Part shown: positions 18,620 to 27,615 of the stretch, piece by piece | Numbering within the stretch: position 1 is the first letter of the stretch | How the letters are laid out: the number at the start of each line of letters is the position of its first letter | From: Truepera sp. | GTDB lineage: Bacteria > Deinococcota > Deinococci > Deinococcales > Trueperaceae | Assembly: GCA_965218435.1 (NCBI GenBank) | Contig: CBDCKW010000009.1 | Location: forward strand, 352,001 to 416,000 | DNA: 64,000 nucleotides | Direction of reading: 5' to 3' | Notes under the pieces: generated by a model | The model's database searches: none | What the model saw: the letters and a program-made list of their open reading frames with translations, nothing else | What the model was told of the DNA's origin: nothing | Made by a program: the position numbers and the translations under genes

Positions 18620-19795
18620 GTGGCTCACACCTTCCGTACCGACCAAAGGGGCCACCGCGCCAAACGCCGGCGGCGTGTTCTCCTTGTGCTGTTGCTCGGG
18701 CTGCTCGTCTTTTATTCGCTGGCGCTCTCGCAAGGTTGGCTCGACCGGGTTGCGCCGCAACTAGAAGCCCAAATCCCGAACCGTGTTGCTGCTGACGGAA
18801 AGTTTGAGGTGCTAGTCAGCTCGAGCGAACCCGTCGTTTATACCTACACTTACGGCGGCCAAACCGCCGAGGCTGTGACACAAAACCTGCGCCTAAACTT
18901 GAGCGCCCAAGCAGGGGAGAACGTGCTCGAGGTGACCGCGACGGATGGCGCTGATAACAAAACGACGGCTCGGTATATCGTCGTCGGCGTTCCTGCGCCG
19001 AAAGTCGCAGCTCAAACGACCCAAACCGCTGTCGCCGGTGACCCGGTGGGGGTGAGGCTCGAATATAGCTCCAACCCAAAAATTGAGCAGGTTTCAACCA
19101 CGTTAAACGGTCAACCTGTACCGACCTTTTGGAACCGCACCGGCGCAATCGCGTTCGGCGGTGTGCCGCTCAGTTCGGAAACGAGCACCCTGCCGCTGGA
19201 GATTTCACTTACCGATGAGTTCGGCCGGGTGACCAAATTGTCACGCACCGTCGCTGTCTCCGCCGACCCGCGCAGCGTTGAACTTTTGAACCTTTCGCCT
19301 GAAGTCCTGAGCAGTTCGACACCGGAAAACAAGGCGCTCGAGGAGGCCACCCTCACCGCCGCCTACGCCAAAAGCGCCCCGTACCCGGACTGGCGGCGTC
19401 CTTTTATGCTCCCCGTTAACGGCATCACCACGAGCAGCTTCGGCGCGTCGCGGCAGTACGGCCCCGGCGGAAATATCTCGTACCATCAGGGCGCAGACCT
19501 CGCCGCACCTGAAGGCACGCCCGTTCACGCAACGAACGTCGGGACGGTACGCGTCGCCGGGTTTTATCCCATCAAAGGCGGGCTGATTGTGATTGACCAC
19601 GGTGGTGGCATCTTTAGCCTTTACTTTCACCAGTCAAAACTGCTGGTCAAAGTGGGGGAGACCGTGAAACGCGGTCAAGTTATTGGAGAAGTCGGGACGA
19701 CCGGGCTTTCGACGGGGCCGCACCTCCACTGGGAGATGCGCGTGGATGAGGAGGCGACGAATCCGCTCGAGTGGGTGGGGAAGGTCATTCCGTGA
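18620..19795 (+). CDS. M23 family metallo-endopeptidase with N-terminal TM anchor
   Basis: HQGAD (HxxxD), YFH, STGPHLHWE (HxH). Confidence 0.92.
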   Translation: MAHTFRTDQRGHRAKRRRRVLLVLLLGLLVFYSLALSQGWLDRVAPQLEAQIPNRVAADGKFEVLVSSSEPVVYTYTYGGQTAEAVTQNLRLNLSAQAGENVLEVTATDGADNKTTARYIVVGVPAPKVAAQTTQTAVAGDPVGVRLEYSSNPKIEQVSTTLNGQPVPTFWNRTGAIAFGGVPLSSETSTLPLEISLTDEFGRVTKLSRTVAVSADPRSVELLNLSPEVLSSSTPENKALEEATLTAAYAKSAPYPDWRRPFMLPVNGITTSSFGASRQYGPGGNISYHQGADLAAPEGTPVHATNVGTVRVAGFYPIKGGLIVIDHGGGIFSLYFHQSKLLVKVGETVKRGQVIGEVGTTGLSTGPHLHWEMRVDEEATNPLEWVGKVIP

Positions 19796-19841
19796 AGTCC
19801 TTGTGCAACCTATTTCTGAGTATTTTGTCTAGGAGACTATT

Positions 19842-20147
19842 CTGATAGCTAAATGGTTTTCTCTTGCTGGCTTAACTTTCGATATAGTTGGAGTCATTGC
19901 GCTGATAGGAAACGAAATCCTGACGCGCCGTAAAGAGGCTGCTGAAGATAACCTACCGGAAGACTTCTATGCCAAGTACTTAATATTTGATGATAAGCCT
20001 ATCCGAGCCAATACTGAAGCGGAAGATACTTACGACAGAGCTAGGGGAGCGTTCTTACCCCGTCGTGCTTTGGTTACAGCAATAGTCAGCTCAATTTTAA
20101 TCGTGGCAGGTTTTGTTTTGCAGGCAGTGGGAGTCGTTTTAGATTAG
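19842..20147 (+). CDS. Small two-TM membrane protein, probable CTG start (not in the ORF track)
   Basis: Open frame of 101 codons: (M)IAKWFSLAGLTFDIVGVIALIG...LVTAIVSSILIVAGFVLQAVGVVLD. AGGAG 6 nt before CTG; in-frame TAG at 19830. Confidence 0.6.
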   Translation: MIAKWFSLAGLTFDIVGVIALIGNEILTRRKEAAEDNLPEDFYAKYLIFDDKPIRANTEAEDTYDRARGAFLPRRALVTAIVSSILIVAGFVLQAVGVVLD

Positions 20148-20209
20148 CCCTTTTCGATGGGTAAGTCCTGAAGAGTTATCTAGCATGGTATCCGTGCTAC
20201 TATGTCTAA

Positions 20210-20503
20210 GTGATTCGCTCGTTCAAAGATTCGGGTACTGAAGACATCTTTAACGGCGAAAACACCAAAGCTGCCCGAAAAACTTGTCCCGAAACGATTT
20301 GGAAAATAGCTGGTAGAAAACTCGACCAACTTGACTCGGTGGAGTCTTTGGACGAACTTAAAATTCCTCCGGCTAACCGTTTAGAAGCACTTAAAGGCGA
20401 CCGCAAAGGGCAATGCAGCATCCGTATCAACGACAAATATCGTATCTGTTTCGTCTGGGAAGATGACGAGCCTGAAGACGTAGAAATCGTGGATTACCAC
20501 TAG
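20210..20503 (+). CDS. higB: HigB/RelE-family toxin
   Basis: MIRSFKD, RKLDQL, PPANRLEALKGDRKGQ.SIRINDKYRICF.W, VEIVDYH. Confidence 0.92.
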   Translation: MIRSFKDSGTEDIFNGENTKAARKTCPETIWKIAGRKLDQLDSVESLDELKIPPANRLEALKGDRKGQCSIRINDKYRICFVWEDDEPEDVEIVDYH

Positions 20504-20516
20504 AAAGGATTTGCTT

Positions 20517-20828
20517 ATGGTCAGAGTACCGACAAAACGCCAACCAACCCATCCCGGTGAGATGTTGTCAGAAGAGTTTCTGATACCCATGAACCTGACC
20601 CAGCGTGAACTTGCGACTGCAATTCGCGTACCGTATCAGCGTCTTAACGAAATTGTCAACGGACGCAGGGGAATAACGCCCAGCACTGCTCTGCGGCTAT
20701 CCAGATTTTTTGGCAACTCTGCTGGTTTTTGGCTGAATCTGCAAACACGTTGGGATTTGTATCAGGCGCAGCAAGTCGAGAGCGACATTATTCAGAGCAT
20801 TGAGCCTTACAGCCTACACTTACATTAA
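20517..20828 (+). CDS. higA: HigA antitoxin (HTH)
   Basis: PTHPGEML.EEFL.P, RLNEIVNGRRGITP.TALRL, FWLNLQ; directly follows the toxin. Confidence 0.93.
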   Translation: MVRVPTKRQPTHPGEMLSEEFLIPMNLTQRELATAIRVPYQRLNEIVNGRRGITPSTALRLSRFFGNSAGFWLNLQTRWDLYQAQQVESDIIQSIEPYSLHLH

Positions 20829-20859
20829 CAAGAGCAAAAGTTTTACGAAGGAGGTTAGC

Positions 20860-21513
20860 ATGGCAAAAGACGATCTGAAACCTGAATATGATTTCAGCAG
20901 ACTCGGTAACTCCATAAGAGACAAGTATGCCGAAGCATACAAAATGACTCAATTTGCTTTCATCGGCCCTAAGCCGGATTTGTTTCAGCTCGAGATTGAG
21001 GGCGAGCGTATCCGCCTTATCAGTATCACCGAAGCGTTTGCGGAGGACATTTTTACCGAGTTCAGCAGCGACATCACGACCTACATGACTCCTAAACCCG
21101 CTGATTCTATCGAAGAAACAAAAGCTTTTGTCCGCTCGAGCCTAGCAGCGTTCGGTGAAGGGGATAATCTTCAGCTGGTCATTTTAGACAAAACCACGGG
21201 TGCATTTCTCGGTTGTTGCGGTTTACACGGTAGAGATGATGTCAAAAATCCTGAAATCGGCATCTGGCTTAAAAAATCTGCTCATGGCAAAGCTTTGGGG
21301 AAAGAAGCGGTTTGGACACTCGTTTACTGGGCGCAAGACCATATGCACATTGACTCTTTTATCTACCCCGTTGATAAGCGAAACCAGCCCAGTCGTAACA
21401 TCCCTATCTCGTTAGGTGGCCAGGTTATAGAAGAAAAGGTTGACAAAGGTATGGCGGGCAATGTGCTTGACGAAGTGGTTTACAGAATATCTTTACCGTT
21501 GCCTATTTCCTAA
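20860..21513 (+). CDS. GNAT (RimJ/RimL-like) acetyltransferase with an antitoxin-like N-terminal extension
   Basis: AAGGAGG RBS before ATG 20860; FLGCCGL, EIGIWL, HGKALGKEA, N..S motifs; second Met at 20944. Confidence 0.8.
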   Translation: MAKDDLKPEYDFSRLGNSIRDKYAEAYKMTQFAFIGPKPDLFQLEIEGERIRLISITEAFAEDIFTEFSSDITTYMTPKPADSIEETKAFVRSSLAAFGEGDNLQLVILDKTTGAFLGCCGLHGRDDVKNPEIGIWLKKSAHGKALGKEAVWTLVYWAQDHMHIDSFIYPVDKRNQPSRNIPISLGGQVIEEKVDKGMAGNVLDEVVYRISLPLPIS

Positions 21514-21592
21514 TTGGATGCTATAGAGGATTTAGACTTCTAAGCCTAAGTAAGTAGGGAAGGTTGTTCCATAAAGATTATGTCTATCTTGC

Positions 21593-22669
21593 CTAAGTAC
21601 GGGACAAAAAGTGAATACAGAGAAGCAGGTCGTCATGCTTGAGGTGTAGATTCTTAAGCAGATGCCTGAGATAGTCAAGACCGTGACGGAAGAAAGACTT
21701 TTCTCTGCGTAGGTGAGACTTGATACGCAGAAGCTTTCGTTTGCTGTCGTGGAGCCATTCACCTACATGATGCGCCCAGGTAAAAGCCAGAGCCAAGAGG
21801 GTAAAAAGGGTATCGAGTTTATAAAGCCGAGTAAGGTGGCTAGCTTCAAGCTCAAAGCCGGTTGTTTTCAAGGCGGAAAAAAGCATTTCGATCTCCCACC
21901 TACGCTTGTAAACCACAAAGGCTTGAGCAGGCGCACGGTTGGTGACAACTATGAGGTAATCGCTACCAGAGAGCTTCATACCAGCGGCACGCAAGTTACA
22001 GCCGTAAAAGCCATAGCTATTGTTTAGAACCTTGAGTTCGCCTATAGCTAAGTGGGCGAAAAGCGCACGAACGGGACACCAGTTGTCACATAGGCTGTCT
22101 TTACGGATACGAATGGCAAAAGGAACCTGGCGTTTATCCAGATAGTTAATCCAGGTTACTCCGATAAACTCCCTATCAGCCAAGAAAAACGCTACGTCTT
22201 TGGAGGCTATAAGCTCGAAAAAACATTGGAGCAGGCTGATACGTTCTTCACTAGATGAATTTCCACCTTTATTCAGAAACGACCATACGATAGGAAAAGC
22301 AACACCTCTATGGGCTATGGCAATCACTAGAATGTTGATGTCGAGGCTGCCAAACTGCCAGTTCGTGCGGTCAACGCAGACGGTGTAAGGCGGTGGTGGT
22401 AGCAAGTTGAGGATAAACTGAGCAACTTTCACCTTGTCTAAGCGTACTTCTGTAAAAAATCGCTTGATGCGACGGTACGCTGATTCTGGCTCCGCTCTAC
22501 CCTGAAATGCTAAGCTCAGACTTACTAGGTTGACCGTCTTCTCTTGAATCAGTACGAGTAGCAACGTGCTCAGGCATGTCAGCCTTGCTCCATTCATAGG
22601 CAACTTTGCCGCTAGTATTTGTTTCAGGCTTGTCTTATGCTGATAATGGCTTCCACGAGATTCTTTCAC
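21593..22669 (-). CDS. IS4-family DDE transposase, apparently intact
   Basis: VDRTNW, LADREF, YKRRWEIEMLFSALK (YREK); stop codon lies inside the inverted repeat. Confidence 0.93.
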   Translation of the reverse strand: MKESRGSHYQHKTSLKQILAAKLPMNGARLTCLSTLLLVLIQEKTVNLVSLSLAFQGRAEPESAYRRIKRFFTEVRLDKVKVAQFILNLLPPPPYTVCVDRTNWQFGSLDINILVIAIAHRGVAFPIVWSFLNKGGNSSSEERISLLQCFFELIASKDVAFFLADREFIGVTWINYLDKRQVPFAIRIRKDSLCDNWCPVRALFAHLAIGELKVLNNSYGFYGCNLRAAGMKLSGSDYLIVVTNRAPAQAFVVYKRRWEIEMLFSALKTTGFELEASHLTRLYKLDTLFTLLALAFTWAHHVGEWLHDSKRKLLRIKSHLRREKSFFRHGLDYLRHLLKNLHLKHDDLLLCIHFLSRT

Positions 22670-22721
22670 ACAGCTATTCTCGCTCAGGAAGCCTTTTTCC
22701 TTTGATTTGTCCCGTACTTAG
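21593..22721 (-). mobile_element. IS4-family (IS10/ISAba1-like) insertion sequence, 1129 bp
   Basis: Perfect 16-bp terminal inverted repeats CTAAGTACGGGACAAA (21593-21608) / TTTGTCCCGTACTTAG (22706-22721); no flanking direct repeat. Confidence 0.93.
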
Positions 22722-22736
22722 AAGTGGTTTATAAAA

Positions 22737-23661
22737 TAGACCTCCGGCGAAAGTAGCTCGAAGATGACAACATGTAAAGATGCGCGAACAAACAGCACGG
22801 AGTCTAAAGTTGTCACCTGAGAAGTTCAAACGCAAACTTGGGGTCAAGCCCACCACTTTCAGAACGATGCTGGAGTTACTTAAAGCGAGAGAGGGGCGGA
22901 AGAAGAAACGCGGACGAACTCCCGCGCTGTGTCTTGAAGACCAACTTGTACTGACCCTATCGTTTTTACGAGAATACCGAACCCACTTTCACTTGTCAGA
23001 AGATTGGGGCGTAGACGAGAGCACCGTGCGGCGCACCATAGAACGCGTCGAAGACGCCCTCATCAGCTCGGGTAAGTTCACACTGCCGGGACGCAAAGCG
23101 TTGCGTGACGACCAGACGCTAGAAGTTGTGGTAGTGGATATTGCCGAGTCGCCGGTTGAACGTCCCAAAAAAACAAAGTGCCCCAAGCGCAGCGGCAGGG
23201 TAGCGGCGTTACTACTCGGGTAAGAAGAAACGACACACGCAAAAGAGCCAAGTATTTGTTGCACAAAACAGTCAGCGCATCCTATGTACGGCTTATGGCA
23301 AAGGCCGAGCACACGACTTCAAGTTATTGACACAAAGCCGCTGCGCTACGGTGCTCGCGCCAAACACCGAACTTCTTTCTGATAGCGGCTTTCAGGGCGT
23401 GGCTAAGCTTCATCCCAAAAGCCGTACCCCGCATAAACGTTGGAAGGGTAACGTACTTACCCCAGAGCAACAGCTACATAACCGCATCCTAGCTAAAGAA
23501 CGCATCCTCGCTGAACACGTCATTCGTAAGCTTAAGGTCTGGCGTATCCTCAAAGAAACCTATCGTCATCGGCGCAGGCGCTTTGGACTTCGGCTTAATC
23601 TCATTGCTGCTCTCTACAACCATGATCTACAAGCCATTGTGTGACTTTCGCCGGAGGTCTA
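22737..23661 (+). mobile_element. IS5-family (ISL2/IS702-like) insertion sequence
   Basis: Perfect 18-bp inverted ends TAGACCTCCGGCGAAAGT / ACTTTCGCCGGAGGTCTA (the outer TA may be the target duplication); split transposase inside. Confidence 0.9.
22780..23644 (+). pseudogene. IS5-family transposase (HTH OrfA + DDE OrfB joined at an A7 run), probably inactivated
   Basis: OrfA ...LSFLREY..FH..DWGVDESTV...VVVDIAESPVERPKK. OrfB frame RYYSGKKKRHT...DSGFQG...ERILAEHVIRKLK from 23204, preceded by an in-frame TAG at 23201. Confidence 0.75.
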
Positions 23662-23781
23662 ATGTCTTTACCACAGGTGTTGCGAAGAGAGTTGAATTGT
23701 TCTTCAATATAAATTTGAAGTAGATAAGTCTGCTGACTATCTTAAAACCGGTGAATCGCTTGAGCTTGATATACTGTTGCC

Positions 23782-23970
23782 ATGAAACAAAGATATATCT
23801 ACTGGCAAGATGACGAAATGTGGCTGGGGTATCTGGAAGACTATCCCGACTACTGGACGCAAGGCAAAAGTGAAGCAGAACTCCGCGCTAACCTTACTGA
23901 CATCTTCAAAGATTTGAGCAGCGGCGCAGTCCCAAATGTCCGCCGGGTAGCTGAACTCGATGTTGCGTGA
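23782..23970 (+). CDS. hicB: HicB-like antitoxin (short form)
   Basis: YWQDDEMWLGYLEDYPDYWTQG...L; TATACT 6 nt before ATG; GTGA overlap with hicA. Confidence 0.8.
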   Translation: MKQRYIYWQDDEMWLGYLEDYPDYWTQGKSEAELRANLTDIFKDLSSGAVPNVRRVAELDVA

Positions 23971-24152
23971 AACGGCGTGACCTTATCAGACGTCTTGAGG
24001 AGCTAGGGTGCGAGTTTGTACGTCATGGCGGAAACCACGACTGGTATATAAATCCGCGTACAAAGATGTCGCAACCTATACCTAGACACCGTGAAGTCAA
24101 AGACCGACTTGCTCGCCATATCATCAAAATGCTTGATGACGACAACGCCTAA
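23967..24152 (+). CDS. hicA: HicA mRNA interferase toxin
   Basis: MKRRDLIRRLEELGC..RHGGNHDWY.NP...PIPRH.E. Confidence 0.9.
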   Translation: MKRRDLIRRLEELGCEFVRHGGNHDWYINPRTKMSQPIPRHREVKDRLARHIIKMLDDDNA

Positions 24153-24228
24153 GGGTCGCACCGCTCTGCCCACTCTGTTCTGAACAGTTTCTCGCGTCTC
24201 CCTCTCCCGGCTTGGTAGACTCACCTAC

Positions 24229-27200
24229 GTGCGCCTCGTCTCCCTCACGCTCCAAGGTTTTAAGAGCTTCGCCGACAAGACGACCGTCGAGTTTACCGAC
24301 CCGGTAACGGCGATTGTCGGGCCGAACGGCTCGGGTAAGTCGAACCTGATTGACGCGCTCCGGTGGGCCTCGAGCGGGGGGCGCGCGGGTGAGTTTCGGG
24401 CGAGTGACAAACGTGAACTCATCTTTCACGGCTCGTCAGGCAAGCGGAGTTTGGGCTTTGCCGAGGTGACGCTTGGCCTCGAGCACGGGGGCCGCCCTCT
24501 CACCGTCGCCCGCACCTTGACGCGCGACGGTGAGAGCAAACTCAAGGTCGGTGGACGGACGGCAAGGTTCTTAGACTTGGAGGACGAACTCTCCGGGACC
24601 GGCCTTGGGCGCGGCGGCCTAGCGGTGATCGGCCAGGGCGAGGTCAGCAGTGTGTTGATGGCGGACCCACCAAAACTGCTCGCATATGTTGCAGAGAGCG
24701 TCGGCGTCGCTAAGTTAACGTCACGGCGAGAGGGGACGATTGCGAGTCTCGAGCAGGCCCAAGCGCATCTCACCCGCCTAGATGACCTTTGCGAAACTTT
24801 GCGCGAACGGGCTGAAATGCTCGCGCTCGAGGCCGCTGAAGCCGAACGCGCCGCCGAGCTGACCCGCGAAGGGCTCCGGCTCCGGTTTACGCTCTCGCTG
24901 CGGCGTGTCGAGGGCTTAAGTGGCGAGCTGGCGGGATTGCGTGAAAAAGGGTCGGAACTCGAGGCGCAACTTTTAGAAGGTCGTGAAGCTCTTTCTGACG
25001 CGCAAACGGCGCGTCAAGTTGCCAAACATCAACTCGGTGAAGCAGAAGCTCGTTACCGGCAGTTTATGGCCGACGCTGAGGCTCGCCGGGGTGATGTGCG
25101 CGTCGCGGCTGAGCAGCTCAGGGGCGCTGAAGCGCAGGTCGCGGCGGTAGAGCGCGAGCACACCCGTATTGCTGAAGAACTTGGGGGCTTGGCGGCTTTG
25201 ACCCCGCCGGAGCCGCTGGGGGGTACTGAAGTCATCCTTACGGCGGCGCTCGTTACCGCGCGAGAGCAAGAAAGAGTTCTCGAACACAGCTACGCGGCGG
25301 TGCGTGCAGAGGTTGCGGCGCGGCGTGAGGCGCTGTTAACGGCAGAGCGTGCCGGAGCAGCAGCGGCGCAGGCGCGGGCGCGTTACGCGGCCAACCAAGA
25401 GGGGCTGCTCGAGCAACTTGCCGAGGTCGAGTCCCAAGCGCAAACCCTGGCACCTACCGACGTTCATACGCCGGAGGCAGCCTTACGTGAGGCAGACGAG
25501 ATGCTTACGGTTTTGCGGGAGAGGCTTGAGACCCTCCAAGCATCCCTTGTTAACGTACAGCGTGAGCACGCGTCAGCTTTTGCCGACGCACAGGCGCGGA
25601 CGCAGGCCCTGTCGCGGCAGCGGGCCGCGTTCGAGGCGCGGCGCGGGTACGCGCAGGGGCCGAAAAGTGCGTTGACCTCCGGTATCGCCGGGGTAATCGG
25701 CTCAGTCGCCGACCTGATTACGGTGCCGCCCGAATACGCGCAGGCGGTTGGGGGCGCGCTGGGCCGCCGCGCCGAACACGTCGTCGTCGAGTCGTCCGGG
25801 GTCGCGCAGCGGGTGTTGACGCACGTCCGGCAAGCTGGCGGTTGGGTGACGCTGTTGCCGCTCGACCTTATGCAAAACCGGGTGCAGACGTTGCCGCCTG
25901 CGCTGGCCGCTGAAGAGAACGTGATCGCCCTAGCGAGTGACGTCACCGAAAGTGACGCGCGATTTCGCAGTCTCATTCAAGGAATGCTGAGCGGGACAGC
26001 TCTGGTAACGACGCTGCCCGACGCCGTGGCCCTCGCCAAACGGCACCGCATGCGGCCCCGGTTGGTGACCCTGACGGGGGATGTGCTCGAGGCGTACGGG
26101 GCCATTTCCGGCGGGCGCTCGGGGGGTGCCGGGTTGATGCTGGGGGGTGCCGCCGATTTGAGGCGCGCCGAACGCGACACCGAAGTTGCACAAACCCTCG
26201 CCGATGAACTAACACAGACCTTAAAGGACCGACAAGCTGAGGTAAAGGCGAAACAGCTCGAGGTCGCGGCGGGGCAGTCGCGGCAGCAGGCGGCGGCGAA
26301 GGCGTTTGCCACGGCGCGGGAGCAGGCAGCGGCAGGCGCATCGTTGAAAGCTGAGCTGACCCGCCGCGCACTGCAACTTCGGGACACGCTGGCGGGACTC
26401 GAGGCTCCCCCTCAAACTGACAGCACCGACCTCACGCCCCTACAAGAGGCGCTGAAAACAGCTCAGCTGGAAGAAGAGCAGCTGCAAACTGCGCTGGGAG
26501 ACGCGCGAACGGGTGTCGCCGCGGCGCAGGGCACCCTGGCCGTCTGGCGCGAACGCAAACGTGCGTTCGACGCTGCCGCACAGCGTTTTACCGAGGCGCA
26601 GACACGCGCCTCAGCACTCCGTACGCAGCTGGACACCCTAAACGTCTCCGCAGCTGAAGCGGAGGCGCTCAGGGATACGGCCGCCGCCGCCCTAACCGCC
26701 GCCGAAGCTGCGCTGCCTACTGAGGACGCCCCCGAACGGGCGCAGTACGCGCTGGCCCAACAGACCGAGCGGGACGCGGAGGCGCATTTAGATACCCTGA
26801 CTCGGCAGCAGGCGGCGCTTGCCGGTGAATTAGAAGCCCTCAATCTCACACTGGCCCGCCGCGAGGCCGCCGCCGAACTCGCTGAAACCGAGCACCGAGG
26901 GTTTCCGGCGGGCGTCGTTGCCCTTTCTGGAGGGCTCAGGGCGTTACGCGACCGTCTGGGTGAAGTGGAGGGTGAACTCGAGACCCTCGGCCCGGTCAAC
27001 CACCGCGCCGCCCAAGAGTACGCCGCGCAGCAGGCGCGTTTAGCAGAGTTGTCCGGGCAGATGAACGATGCGCGGAGCGCCGCCGCCGAACTCGCCAAAA
27101 TCCTGAGTGACCTGGACGACGCCGTGCGTGTCCGCCTCGTGAGCGGAACAAACGCCCTTGCTCAAGGGTTTGCGCACTACGCCGAAAGGCTTTTCGGTAC

Positions 27201-27615
27201 GGGCGCACAGGCGAGCGCCGAACTCATCTGGGAAGAGGGCCGTCCGGCGGGGCTCAAACTCGGGCTACAACCGCCCACCAAACAGACGCGGGCGCTCTCG
27301 CTCTTGTCGGTCGGCGAAAGGACGATGGGCGCACTCGCTTTTTTGTTCGCGCTGATGGGCTCAACTTCGGATACGGCCTCAGGCTTGCCGCTCGCTATCT
27401 TAGACGAGGTAGACGCGCCTTTAGATGAGGCTAACATCCGCCGCTTCTGCGCCTTTTTAGGTGAACTTTCAGAACGTGGCACGCAGTTTGTGCTGATTAC
27501 GCATCAAAAAGCGACGATGGAGGTCGCGTCGTCCCTGTGGGGTGTGACGACACAGGGGGGCGTGAGCCGGGTTTTTAGCATTCGCCGTGAGGCCGCTGAA
27601 GCTGCCCTGAGATGA
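24229..27615 (+). CDS. smc: Chromosome segregation protein SMC
   Basis: GFKSF, GPNGSGKSN, hinge (GVIGSVADL, VTLTGD...GAISGG), LSVGE, ILDEVDAPLD, ITH. Confidence 0.95.
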   Translation: MRLVSLTLQGFKSFADKTTVEFTDPVTAIVGPNGSGKSNLIDALRWASSGGRAGEFRASDKRELIFHGSSGKRSLGFAEVTLGLEHGGRPLTVARTLTRDGESKLKVGGRTARFLDLEDELSGTGLGRGGLAVIGQGEVSSVLMADPPKLLAYVAESVGVAKLTSRREGTIASLEQAQAHLTRLDDLCETLRERAEMLALEAAEAERAAELTREGLRLRFTLSLRRVEGLSGELAGLREKGSELEAQLLEGREALSDAQTARQVAKHQLGEAEARYRQFMADAEARRGDVRVAAEQLRGAEAQVAAVEREHTRIAEELGGLAALTPPEPLGGTEVILTAALVTAREQERVLEHSYAAVRAEVAARREALLTAERAGAAAAQARARYAANQEGLLEQLAEVESQAQTLAPTDVHTPEAALREADEMLTVLRERLETLQASLVNVQREHASAFADAQARTQALSRQRAAFEARRGYAQGPKSALTSGIAGVIGSVADLITVPPEYAQAVGGALGRRAEHVVVESSGVAQRVLTHVRQAGGWVTLLPLDLMQNRVQTLPPALAAEENVIALASDVTESDARFRSLIQGMLSGTALVTTLPDAVALAKRHRMRPRLVTLTGDVLEAYGAISGGRSGGAGLMLGGAADLRRAERDTEVAQTLADELTQTLKDRQAEVKAKQLEVAAGQSRQQAAAKAFATAREQAAAGASLKAELTRRALQLRDTLAGLEAPPQTDSTDLTPLQEALKTAQLEEEQLQTALGDARTGVAAAQGTLAVWRERKRAFDAAAQRFTEAQTRASALRTQLDTLNVSAAEAEALRDTAAAALTAAEAALPTEDAPERAQYALAQQTERDAEAHLDTLTRQQAALAGELEALNLTLARREAAAELAETEHRGFPAGVVALSGGLRALRDRLGEVEGELETLGPVNHRAAQEYAAQQARLAELSGQMNDARSAAAELAKILSDLDDAVRVRLVSGTNALAQGFAHYAERLFGTGAQASAELIWEEGRPAGLKLGLQPPTKQTRALSLLSVGERTMGALAFLFALMGSTSDTASGLPLAILDEVDAPLDEANIRRFCAFLGELSERGTQFVLITHQKATMEVASSLWGVTTQGGVSRVFSIRREAAEAALR

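Noticed and set aside
21532..21762. 76-aa minus-strand ORF crossing the IS4 end
   Set aside because: Chimeric frame spanning the IS boundary; at most the last 19 or so codons are a remnant of a disrupted gene.
24426..27482. Numerous antisense and alternate-frame ORFs over smc (and over other long genes)
   Set aside because: Shadow ORFs expected in GC-rich coding DNA; no motifs, and they fully overlap confident genes.
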